A DNA stretch of 34,247 bases from Octopus bimaculoides (taxonomy: Eukaryota): positions 71,010,001-71,044,247 of the forward strand of contig NC_068981.1 of NCBI RefSeq assembly GCF_001194135.2, given 5' to 3'. This document shows, in pieces, positions 12,330-23,820 of the stretch; within the stretch, counting starts at the first letter, position 1, and each line of letters starts with the position of its first letter. The notes under the pieces were generated by a model. That model saw only the letters and a program-made list of their open reading frames with translations. It did no database searches and was not told where the DNA came from. Both the position numbers and the translations under genes were made by a program.

Positions 12330-12412
12330 ACATATATATATATATATATGTAAGGTGGGTATGGGTGTGGGTGTGTGAGTGGGGGTGTGTGTGCGTGTGT
12401 GCGGGTGGGTAT
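12330..12412. repeat. (TA)n plus GT/GGGT-rich simple repeat
   Basis: Read directly. Confidence 0.85.
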
Positions 12413-13517
12413 AGTTAATATATTATGGTTATAGAAAGATCCATTAGGAAATCTTGATGTATATAGGGAAAACAATTTTTGGCAAGGCATTTTTACGCTG
12501 TAAACCGGGCGGTGTACGTCACTGGATTTGATTTGATTTGTCTGTTTACATTCTGAAAGAAAATAACGATGGTAGGTTGCGTACCGTCGATTATTCTTTC
12601 ACCCTCTTTGATGATGTGTGTGTTTTGCTAATAATGGTAGTTTTGGTGATGGCAATAATGCGACCCTAAAGAGATGGAGTATCCAGCAATTTATAATTTG
12701 TAATTTGTAATATGTTGTAATATATTACAATATTTTATGAGACATCTTATGATGTGGTTTATTTATCCTGGATACCCTATTGAAATGTGCATAGGTTTGG
12801 CGTATTGTGGTTGTTTCTGCTATTATAATTGTTGCTGCAATAAAGTATCTTCAATGCATCGATTTTGAGCTCCATCTTTTAAGANNNNNNNNNNNNNNNN
12901 NNNNNNNNNNNNNNNNNNNNNNNNNNNNNNNNNNNNNNNNNNNNNNNNNNNNNNNNNNNNNNNNNNNNNNNNNNNNNNNNNNNNNNNNNNNNNNNNNNNN
13001 NNNNNNNNNNNNNNNNNNNNNNNNNNNNNNNNNNNNNNNNNNNNNNNNNNNNNNNNNNNNNNNNNNNNNNNNNNNNNNNNNNNNNNNNNNNNNNNNNNNN
13101 NNNNNNNNNNNNNNNNNNNNNNNNNNNNNNNNNNNNNNNNNNNNNNNNNNNNNNNNNNNNNNNNNNNNNNNNNNNNNNNNNNNNNNNNNNNNNNNNNNNN
13201 NNNNNNNNNNNNNNNNNNNNNNNNNNNNNNNNNNNNNNNNNNNNNNNNNNNNNNNNNNNNNNNNNNNNNNNNNNNNNNNNNNNNNNNNNNNNNNNNNNNN
13301 NNNNNNNNNNNNNNNNNNNNNNNNNNNNNNNNNNNNNNNNNNNNNNNNNNNNNNNNNNNNNNNNNNNNNNNNNNNNNNNNNNNNNNNNNNNNNNNNNNNN
13401 NNNNNNNNNNNNNNNNNNNNNNNNNNNNNNNNNNNNNNNNNNNNNNNNNNNNNNNNNNNNNNNNNNNNNNNNNNNNNNNNNNNNNNNNNNNNNNNNNNNN
13501 NNNNNNNNNNNNNNNNN

Positions 13518-13701
13518 TCAAAAGAACAATAACAAAAAAACAAAAAAACAACAAAGTGAGGACGTGATATGGATAGTATTATTGGACGCTCAGGAAAGGA
13601 AAGAGAGAGTGTATGACGTTTCGGGCGTAGCCCTTCGTCGGAAAGATGGAAAGTTCGGAGAATGGAAGAACGGAGAAAGAGGAAAATGATACCGATGCCC
13701 A

Positions 13702-13702
<1 letters not shown>
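13518..13702 (-). mobile_element. Probable Penelope-like pLTR-derived interspersed repeat carrying a minimal hammerhead-like motif
   Basis: The minus strand reads CCGACGA-A-GGGC-TAC-GCCC-GAAACGTC (13641 to 13615) in a pyrimidine-rich context. This is the layout of minimal hammerheads known from PLE pLTRs. The left part is lost in the gap at 12885-13517. Confidence 0.5.

Positions 13703-13752
<50 letters not shown>
13703..13752. repeat. (TA)n-(GT)n microsatellite
   Basis: Read directly. Confidence 0.95.
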
Positions 13753-16700
13753 CTGTGACGTAAGACAGATAGTCTCTTGTGTTTTATTAATTAATGAATT
13801 ATGTAACAGTCATTAATATGCACAATTGTTATGACTCCACACATTTATATTTTATTGACGCGACGCTGTTAATGTCCTAATAGACATTAGGTATGCACAA
13901 GCACATATACTGAGATATAAATAGATGATATTTGAACAATAAAAATGTACATGAGACATCAACCAGAAAATGAAAGATGAAGTTAATCATCTGAAATTTT
14001 AGTTGCACTGTGCTCTGGAAAGAAAATTTTACTATGTAATCTTAAAAGTACATAATTGATTTAATGACGCAATCTTTTATGTTGCTGAAATATATCATGT
14101 ACCTTCAAATATGTGTTACTTCCAAACTAATCTGCAACCAATTGTCAAGCTTAGAAAGAGCACAAGGTTTTCTCGTTTACCACAACTCCCTAGAATTTAA
14201 CTTTGGATCGCAGGCAATAGCAATACATTTCTTCAGTCAAACTTATCTTAGACATCAGCGACAAGTAATAAATCCCAAGTCTAAGCGCCTGAAGTTGAAG
14301 CTTAAGGGATTAGAACTCTAATCTTGTTGTTTTCAAATACCTGTAGTGTATATATTTCTTCATATAAAGCCACCGTTTAAAGTTTATCATGCAGATGACA
14401 AGCCAAAGAGAGACTTTCTGTGTAGCTGCTTTACTTATTAGCAATAGCAGCTAAATATGCCTCAGATCACACAATAACGCCTTAAAGAAACGAAGGTGAA
14501 TGGTGTAATTCATTATGTATCCAAAATAAATACAAACGCTTTTTATAATAGGGCTGGTTGCTCCGTGAAATCTGAGCTGCGGCTAAACAAGCTTCAATCA
14601 TCCACAGAAAAAACATTCTCGATCACTAATTAATGATAAAATGACAAACGAAATAACATTAAATAAAAAGGCTGCATAAAGTTTATTGAAACATTTCTAA
14701 ATTGCTGAAACTATCTCCTTCTATTTAATGTTTCTGTTCGAAAGAATAAGTCATTTCACATTTTAGGGGAATACCGTAATATATCTAATGTAAAAGTAAG
14801 TTATCTAGTGGTGAAAATAATCATTTTATCAAAATGCACGTTCATCTATCCACACTTTAAGACGCAATAGGTTAGATATATGTAGATAAACAAATTAGTG
14901 CAAAGTACAAACCACCGATATTCATCGCATAAATTAGAATCTATCAGTATTGATCAAACACAAATCATGAGATTCTATTACTAGTTCACACATCATTTGT
15001 TATTATTTACGGCAATATCAGGCCGTGACCAAAGTTGATACTGATCTAAACGACATCCATACGTATGAAGACTTCATCATTTGCGTAGGAATGTTTTGTG
15101 TCCAGTTGTGAAACTTTGGTACTGGAATAAGGGATTATGGCTTAGAGCACTGCCTGCAGGTCACCACTAGACAAGGTGTGGTACGGTTTTTCAATCGGCA
15201 TTGCTTTAAACACTAGCAATGAAACAGGCCTGTAAGAAACCTACTTCTCAGGAGCTGGAAATGCAGAAGAAAACTCAGTGAAGATTATCAAGTTTCTGGC
15301 TATTGATTTCAATCATTGAAGATGTATATTTTTTTAATATTTTCTTCTCTGCTAAGTTTCTGCTCTTTATGACATTTCTTGGTCCTGGTCATGAACACGG
15401 CACCGGACATGGTTCGTGCAAGGTATAAAGGTATATTTATGTGCGAAACACTTCGAATCCAATCAGTTATAAACTGCAATATAACTTTTTAAAAATCACT
15501 TAAACTATCCTCGTAAGAAAACGAAAGCAAAATAACAATTTCGGGAGTATTATTCTACGTATGAACAACAAATCCTTTGACTGTGCTGAATGAAACTGAT
15601 GCGAGAATGAAAGTGGTACTTTTAAAAATGCCTGGGTCAATCTTTTTGAAGTCTTTAATACACATATATCAACCTACTCCAGCAAAAGAAAAAAGAAAAA
15701 ATGCTTTTAAAACAGTTTACTGTTACGTAAATTACGAGCAATTCACAGTGATCGTTTTTGATATAATGATATATTACAGCATAAAGCTATAGATTTCTGT
15801 CGTGACTGCATATGTAACCTAATTAAAATTTATTACAGATATTCACAGCTATGACCAGTTGTAAATGTGATACAATTTTACATTGAACAAAAAAACTATC
15901 CATAGTTCATCGAACAATCTTTGTCTGTCTACGATGAAATTGTATAAACAAACAGACGTTTACGACTGACTTATGTATTAAGTTAATTCGTGTTAGTTTA
16001 CAGATGTAGTGGCGATTCAGACCTATGGGTTTACTCTGTAGTATATCATAGAACTGTTTCAAAGCAGATCATTGAAGGAAACTGAAAACAACGTAAAACA
16101 GATTGCTTAAAGGCTATCATCTATTTGGAAAACAAGTGGGAAAATTCTATTTAATCTTTTCTCCATTTGTGTAGAACAGCAGCAACAACCATTAAGTTCA
16201 ACTATGGTAAGATCTCGTATATGTAATATAAAGTATCAAAGATCTTCCATTAACTGAGATTATCCATGCAGTTTTGGTTGTCTATGCGTTTAGGTCTCAT
16301 AACTTAGCTGCGCTATAAATTTGAATCGCTAAATTAAGCATCGAAATTTGAAATAAAAGTATCCAATAGGAATGACTAAAACCCTTCAAGGGTTGTGCTC
16401 TAATAGTTAAAACAAATAGAAGATTGAAAGGTGAAAAAATTTTTAGCATGTGAATAATAGTCTGTAATATGATAATCGTATTAACAACTCATCTCAGATA
16501 TTAAGATATTTAAGAAAATCGAACTAATTAGTGCTTCCATGATTTCTGCTACGGCCTTTGCGCAAAACATCGCTTTAATCTTCTGGAAATTTAACTTCTC
16601 ATTAAATAATGAAAGACATCATTACTGATGATCAGGAAATTGGTGTGGTTATATATGTATATATCTGTGTGGTAATTCATGACTAATGTCTGTGCATGTT

Positions 16701-17649
16701 AATATGTACCTGTGAAGAACGACATATTTCTCGTCATTATTAATTTGTAAACAGAGAAATCAAAATTTTAAAGTTCTAATTGTCATTAGATATCGAAATA
16801 GATTTTATTTGCAACCAATTTAAAACAAACTAAAAGTGCTTATAGAAATATTTCTAGTTAGGAGTACTTTGTATATACTAATCAAGAAATTTTCTATATT
16901 ATCTATCAAACATAGTTGGGGCAAACATTGAGATGTAACGTCAAACATTATGCACTTCATTACTCTGTCAGCACAAAAATCAAAATGAGCTCAATGGTTA
17001 TTTTCAAGAATACAGCAGATATACTAGGATATTGCAACACCTCAGTTGCAATATATACTCGTATATATGCTGCATTGAATTTAGTGACCACTAACAGAGA
17101 TTGGTATATTATAAGCCAGATGTCTTCTGTATTCCGGAGATCACTTATTTGTGTGCAGGATAACCAAATTTTCTCACCCAATACCTAAACCTATATTTTC
17201 GGTGTACATTTGTGGGTAAGACCATTCTCACACGCTAAAGACAAAAACATCTTCGCAAAACACTCAATTTTTCCTCTTTCCAAACAATATTTGCGTTTGG
17301 CATAAAGAATCACTCATTAAGCCCACTGCAAATATATTTACCTCAATTAGTACCCGGTGTGAGACACGTTGAGAACATTATTACCAAGGTAAGCATCTAG
17401 TATACCATAAAGTGTGTCCATGGCTAAGCATCTGGCGTACCCACGTGTATACTGCATACTTTGCTAGACACGCAAGAATAATTATCCATTCTGGATGCTT
17501 ACCTAAGCATATTTATTTATGCCAGATGCTTCGCAAGGGAATTCTTTATGATTTTGCAACCGCTCCATTCATATAAATCTCTGCTTGATTTGAAGATACC
17601 ATAATGTGATATTTATTTGCAGTAACAAAGCTGAATAAAACATTGAACA

Positions 17650-18696
17650 ACAGAGAAATAAACGATGGCTCTGAAACCTGCCGCATGCGTACCTCACTGA
17701 GTCCTTGAGAATATTCTTGACACCTCTTTAATCGTAGCCACTAGCTCAGCCTTGGTATTGCAGGCAGAGCACCCCACACATAGGATTACAATCAAGGGAA
17801 CTACGGGGCCAGAAATTGGGGCAGGGATGTCGTACAAATTCTCCGACAAACACGTCTGTCTCTTTCCGGAGGAATGCCAAGGAGCCGAATCCTGCTGTCA
17901 CACATATGGCCTTCTCGTAGTAACCTTCTCCAGCCAGGGTTTGACAACACTCTCCAGCAGCTTCACGTAGCCGTCTGAACAGAGCCCAAGGACCTATTCC
18001 CTGATGTGGGACGGCATGACTAACTGGAAACACACCCAGTGACCATCCAATTAGGGATAACTCGGTTTTCATGATACGTAGGGCATTACATGGATTGCTG
18101 GAGGGTCACCTGTTGTTCTTGAGGTTCGGCAAGCAGCCCTGGCAAAAGCTCTATTTTATCTGAGAAGAACCAGATGATTCACCTCATTCAGGAGTTTCTT
18201 TGCTTTCGTAGAGCAGTTCTACTTGACTTCGGCTGTATGAGTGGTAGCGAAGGTCGCCATTGAGGGGCAGCTTCATAGTGGGGACTCCAAATGACAGCTC
18301 TCTTGCCAAAATCAGATGACCTTGCTTGTAACTTCCATCACTTTGTCCTGCAGTTGTTGGACGAATCTTTGTGTGTGGATACGCTTCCTGATGTCCACGG
18401 CTTCGTAATCACCGTTGCAGATGTCCCCGCTGCATCGAACAGCTATAAACGCGTTCACAGAGCATTGAAAAGCAGTCGTGATATCGGTATTTTGATACAC
18501 GGCTCGAGTCATCATGATACAGGTAACTCTTTTCCAATATTTAGATGGGTTTTAATCGTCCAAGCCAGCTAGCTTTTTCTCAACTTCGACATTAATCGTC
18601 ATGCTTTCCAACGCCGTTGACTGTTCATTTATAATTTAAGCTGTTTCTGAAAAAAGGGAGACATAAAAAATTGTCAAATTTAATCCAAACACACTG
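17650..18696 (-). mobile_element. Degenerate Tc1/mariner-superfamily transposon, maT/DD37D type; 5' TIR retained, 3' TIR not found
   Basis: Frameshifted transposase: DITTAFQCSVN...CNGDYEAV...FVQQLQDKVME..., DLRYHSYS, WFFSD, VMKTELS..., DGYVKLLESVVKPWLEK, PYV*QQDSAPWHSSGKRQTCLSENLYD, PNFWPRSSLDCNPM, YVWGA, ACNTKAELVATIKEV. The QQD-to-expected-D spacing is 37 aa. A terminal sequence TA-CAGTGTGTTTGGATTAAATTTGACAA lies on the minus strand from 18698. Confidence 0.9.
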
Positions 18697-19860
18697 TATT
18701 TCCATTCTTTGCAAAAAACACTTTTACATGTATATATATATATATATATNNNNNNNNNNNNNNNNNNNNNNNNNNNNNNNNNNNNNNNNNNNNNNNNNNN
18801 NNNNNNNNNNNNNNNNNNNNNNNNNNNNNNNNNNNNNNGACGTTTTTTTGCTTCTAGACAACTTGCTTTTACATACCATATCAAATAATAATAGTGCATA
18901 TTTTACTAGGCTTGTATTAGAAAACCACAAACAAGAAAATTTGTGATAATCGTCACTAAAGAAATGTCTATTGAAAAGACACTCGACATAGAAATTACAA
19001 GATATTTATGATTTATCGGGCGTAATTTACAAAATTATTCTTAGACTGGAACTAATTCCATTTTATATGATGCAATTAGGAAAATTAAATGCTCGGTCTG
19101 TCTTTTACAAAATCATAAGTTAAAGGAAATCCATGCCATCTTTCCTTTCTAAAGTCAAATCTAATGGAAAACGTCTGGAATACAGATTGTGAATGTGCAT
19201 GACACTTCAGAAATGTGTAACATAAGAATGCAGTGAGTGATTTATGTTTTTCTTCAGGTATTTTTACTCGAACATTGCGTGTTGATTCAGTTTCATTATA
19301 TTCCCTCATTTTATCCGAGACAGTAATTTCGTTCTTTGGATTTTATCTTAATAAGATACAGTTTTGTGATTGAGGAAAATCAGCGTATAAATAATACATA
19401 ACTACGGACAAATTATTGTTTCTTGTTTAATTTAAAAGCAAGGGATTTAATGAATATCATCTAAGATTATAAGGTTAAATATGATTTTGTATTTGTATTA
19501 TAGTGAATGATATGGAATAGATATTTAAAATTTCTGTTGATTAGTTATGAGAACTGGTTTCGATCGCTTGTTTCAGTTCACTTACATGAATAACATCTTG
19601 AAAAAAGCATCATTGTCACAACACCCACACTGCTCATCAAGCTACAATATAGATCGTAAAGCAATTCAGTCGACGATATGTTTCCTTTAAATGTGTATAT
19701 CTGCATCAAAGTTTAGTAACGTATATTCATTAGACGAACTCCTAACCATTATCAGTTTCAATGAATTCACTTTTCCATAATTCAATAAAGTTCTACTCAA
19801 TTACTTACTTAGATTAAGAGAAATGTTAATACATCATTCAACGATTAGATTAGTTAGCTA

Positions 19861-19976
<116 letters not shown>

Positions 19977-20659
19977 ATTTTACCTTTATGCCTGAATTTG
20001 ATTATTGCTTTTTTTATTATTACTACTAATTGCCATTTTTAAACAAACCATGACAGTATATCTAACAGGCTTTATTTTGAGAAATAAGCATAAAATATTC
20101 GTTACTAAATATACACACATATTTAAAGGAATCATATAGTCGACTGAATTTGTATTGTACTTTGATGAGCAATGCGGACGTTGTGACAATCATGCTTTCT
20201 CGAAGATATTATCCATAAGAGTGGACTGAAACAAGTTATCGAAACCTTTTCGCATAACTAATCGACGGAAGTCGATATCACTCACTGCAATCCAAATACA
20301 AAACCATATTTAAACTTATAGTCTTAGATGAAAGTAATTAACGTTTAGACAGCTTCAGCTGCATAGAGACGAGCCTGCATCACTGTAACTTCAGGCATTT
20401 GCAAGTAGAGAGGGGAGAAAAACGCACTTTGTCACGTCACGTTGCTTAGGTTAAAAAGTATCTTCCATTTTTTTATTTCAGTTACTTTCTTGTGCCTTTC
20501 TTTCAATGAATATGTGCTACATACATTGTTTTATAGTAGCATGTTATATTTCATTGCCAATTTTATATTACAGTGTATACATTTAGATGATAAATCATAT
20601 ATTGTTACGGAGATTTACTTGCATAGCAAGTGACCTGATCTGAGATCGTGTGCTGGAAC

Positions 20660-20900
20660 GAAAACAATTGCAGCGTTGAAGGTGTTTATAAGTCATTTAA
20701 AATAACACACAAAGACCGTTAGATTCACTTCAACATTCAAATTTGGAGATGCAGCACAGAATTTTGTCAGTGAACAGGTCGCGGTCTAAAAGCGACGAAA
20801 ATATTTTGACAAATTAAATTTAAATGTTGAAGTGAATCTAACGGTCTTTGTGTGTTATTTTAAATGACTTATAAACACCTTCCACGCTGCAATTGTTTTC
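20660..20900. repeat. Long inverted repeat: 85-bp arms with 2 mismatches and a 71-bp spacer
   Basis: Arm 20660-20744 equals the reverse complement of 20816-20900 except at 2 positions. Confidence 0.95.
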
Positions 20901-20982
20901 ATATATATGTTGTTAAATCAAATATATGCTGTTAAAAGTGTCTCATTTCCCTTTCCTTACAGACTTCCACATCATTTGGAGC

Positions 20983-21385
20983 ATGGGTGACTTCTAAAAA
21001 TATGTAGTAAACCCAGATAACTTTGTTACATTTGTGGCGCGTCTGTGTTTGAGAAATGAGAGAAACATTACTGAGTTAGCCAAAAAACATCTTGGTGTAA
21101 AATTAGGAGCCCAACATGAGAAGTAGGCCCCTCATAAGGCCTGCTCAATTTGTGTTGTATAGCTAAAACGATGGACAAAATGTACAAAGAAGTCTTCGTT
21201 TAAGGATTCCAATAATATGGAGAGAACCTGAAAATAGCAATGATGACTGCTACATTTGCTCATGTAAGGTGCAGGTACACAAGTGGGGAAATAATTGTTG
21301 ATCTAAAACTCCCATCAGCATTGCGATCTGTTGCCTATTGACCAGACGTTCCAATCCTATCACCATCAGGAAATCTTGAACACAC
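20983..21385 (+). mobile_element. Degenerate DNA-transposon transposase N-terminus, Cys-rich zinc-binding domain (Chapaev3/CMC-like)
   Basis: Frameshifted translation: NPDNF-CYICG...RNITELAKKHLGVKLGAQHEK*APHKACSICVV*LKRWTK...IPIIWREPENSNDDCYICSC...LPSALRSVAY. This matches the recalled motif set NPD.FCYICG / KLGDQDK.WAPH..C..C / W.EP.NH.DDCYFC / LPSA.RPV.H. The transposase relic is well supported; the superfamily name is from memory and less certain. Confidence 0.72.
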
Positions 21386-21989
21386 ATACTTGAGTTCTAA
21401 GTCAAATGGCTGAAATAGCAACGAGGCATTAGAATGTAAAATGAGCATTAAAATTCATTTCCTTAGGGGGACAAGCACATTAAAATGGCCATAAGCAATA
21501 CTTTTTGATCCGTATACTGCTTCAATCTCGAATAGAGATTTTCAAGGGACTGGTTTCCTAGTTACAAAATCAGTGATTGTATGACACTGCATTTTCTATA
21601 TATTACAAGCGAGGTAAACTGTTGCCATGCCTGACAACGAGTACCCACTACAGAGGAAACCCAATATGGATCGAAACCACGCGGTATGGTGGTTCGAAGC
21701 TAGAGTGGTAGGAGTTATCTATCTTCCGCGTGCAATAAATACCAAGTGCGGGAAGTGCACCGAATAAACCAGCTAGAGGAGATGTCTTCCTGGGGTTAAA
21801 TGGCCGTATCATCGTCTCTTAGAGGGAAGCCACATTAAAGTGACCATAAGCAATACTTAAAATCTAACAATTCTACCGAAATATTTTAAGAACTTTCTCT
21901 TCATAAGACTACAAACTCATTTCAATCTTATATAAAATATCACTGAAAATAGTAACATTATTCGATTGCTAGAAGCAATATATTCGTGC

Positions 21990-22090
21990 AGCCGTTAGTG
22001 CAGTGGAAAAAGTACTTTGTGGTACTTGTTTTGAGTTTGTAAGATTTGAGTTAAAACTCTGCCGAGGTTAACTATGCCTTCTATCGACTA
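21990..22090 (+). mobile_element. Highly degenerate tRNA-derived SINE 5' fragment
   Basis: ...GCCGTTAGTGCAGTGG...TTTGAGTTAAAACTCTGCCGAGGTTAACTATGCCTTC resembles a SINE head with a B-box-like GAGTTCAAAT followed by CCGAGGTCRACTTTGCCTT (recalled consensus). Confidence 0.4.
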
Positions 22091-23475
22091 AACACTTCCA
22101 CCAAAGTTCTGGCTTTATTTCAGAAATTTACATGCAACAGTTAACGCCATTAACGAACTCGCTTGGGTTTGGGATTTATTCGTACCATATTATTTGACAC
22201 AAAATCTATTTATTCCATGATTATTTTCATTTTATTGCTGTTACATCTTGTAGAGTTTGGCTTCATCTATGCTGAGATATTAATATATCAATAAGATACG
22301 CTAGCTGTATCAAGCAACCGATACGGAAAGAGTAGAAAATATATCAAAACCCATTTGAGAAATTAATTCATCGTTCAGTTTAGCTTACATGTATTAAATA
22401 GTAAAAGTGATAGTTGTGAGAGCTAATAAGGCAGTTGCAACGAAGAATCTATAGTGAAGCCCTTCACTTAGTAAGGTGAATCTAGGACTATGATACAATT
22501 GAGATTAGGTACATTTTTCTTTAACTTTCATGAGTAATGGACCATGAATTTAGAACTGTAAACTACCAAATATATTGTCATATATACTTGTAGCTGTATG
22601 GACCAAGCTATTATGATTTACTATTAACGCAAGCAGAATAAGTGTTGTAAAATAAATTATTAATACATTGATCTGCAGACAAATTGCTCATATTAATAAA
22701 TAAATCCGCAATAGTTCTATTATTGAAATGGTGGTTAAGTGTCAAAAGATATAACTAATTAATAATCTGGCTATTTCAATTGTACGCAAAGATCTATATT
22801 CAAAATAGATGATATATAGACAGTGTAAATAGCATATGTTTTCAAACACTTAACAGCTTAAGTAAAGATAAATATATTCAGCGAAAATACGTACCTAGTT
22901 TTGATCATCTCATGTTACGTTTCACTCTCTTGTTCATGAAAAGAGAATTGTTGGCTTATTTAATACATGATTAGTTTATTTTGAAATCAAGCGATTTTCA
23001 TCGAATCTTACAAGTTCGAAGGTTTTACTTGGAATAAACTAACATTTAGAGAGCAACTCCATAATTGCCTATTTGTAATGATAAGTATTTGTAGTGTGTC
23101 GCAATTTTAAATTGACCGCATAACTCGATGAAGTAGGAAGAGCAATTAAGGTGATTTAGAGAGAAACCTTTACAAATCGAAAACTGCAGATAAATGTAAG
23201 AATGAACTATAATTATCAGTATTCACTATAGACAAGAAATTAACAATTTAGATATGTTCGTTTTGCTGTCTATGAATAGCTATAGTGACTAATAAATACA
23301 AAGATATACCAAATAGATTCACATCCAGAGACAAGTACATAGACATTCATAAATTCGTGCTCAACTATAGATAGGTTTACGTTGAGAGTGCATATATATG
23401 TTGCATGGATTTTCTCATGCTCTCAGATTTTCTTTATTTCTTGTATTATTAAAATGTTAAAAATCTTTAAAATGT

Positions 23476-23820
23476 GACAAGTGTTTTCTACTATAGCCTC
23501 AGGCCGCCCAAAGCCTTGTGAGTGGATTTGGTAGGCGGAAACCGAAAGAAGCCCATCGTATATATATATGTGTGGGGGGTGTCTGTGAGTGTGTGTGTGT
23601 GTGTGTGTGTGTCTTTGTGTCTGTGGTTGTTACCCTACCGACGTTTGAAAACCGATGGTGGTATGTTTATGTCCCCCGTAACTTAGCGGTTCGGCAAAAA
23701 AGACCGATAGAATAAGTACCAAGCTTACAAAAAATAAGTTCTGGAGTCGATTTGTTCGACTAAAAGGCGGTGATCCAGCATGGTCTCAGTCAAATGGCTG
23801 AAACAAACATAATAAAAGAA
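23476..23820 (+). mobile_element. 5'-truncated SINE of the same family as 32521-32967, with internal (TA)/(GT) microsatellite
   Basis: Clear homology to the reverse complement of 32521-32967: CTATAGCCTCAGGCC..CAAAGCCTTGTGAGTGGATTTGGTAG.CGGAAAC.GAAAGAAGCCC.TCGTATATAT...GATAGAATAAGTAC.AAGCTTACAAA.AATAAG...GTCGATTTGTTC.ACTAA..GGCGGTG.TCCAGCATGG...CAGTCAAATG.CTGAAA, then an A-rich tail. Confidence 0.88.

Noticed and set aside
14440-14520. Possible decayed SINE tail (GCAATAGCAGCTAAATATGCCTCAGATCACAC)
   Set aside because: It rests only on a recalled consensus, with no second copy in the window strong enough to verify.
16916-17188. Overlapping hydrophobic ORFs on both strands as a GPCR or channel fragment
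   Set aside because: No conserved family motif; hydrophobic bias is expected from AT-rich DNA.
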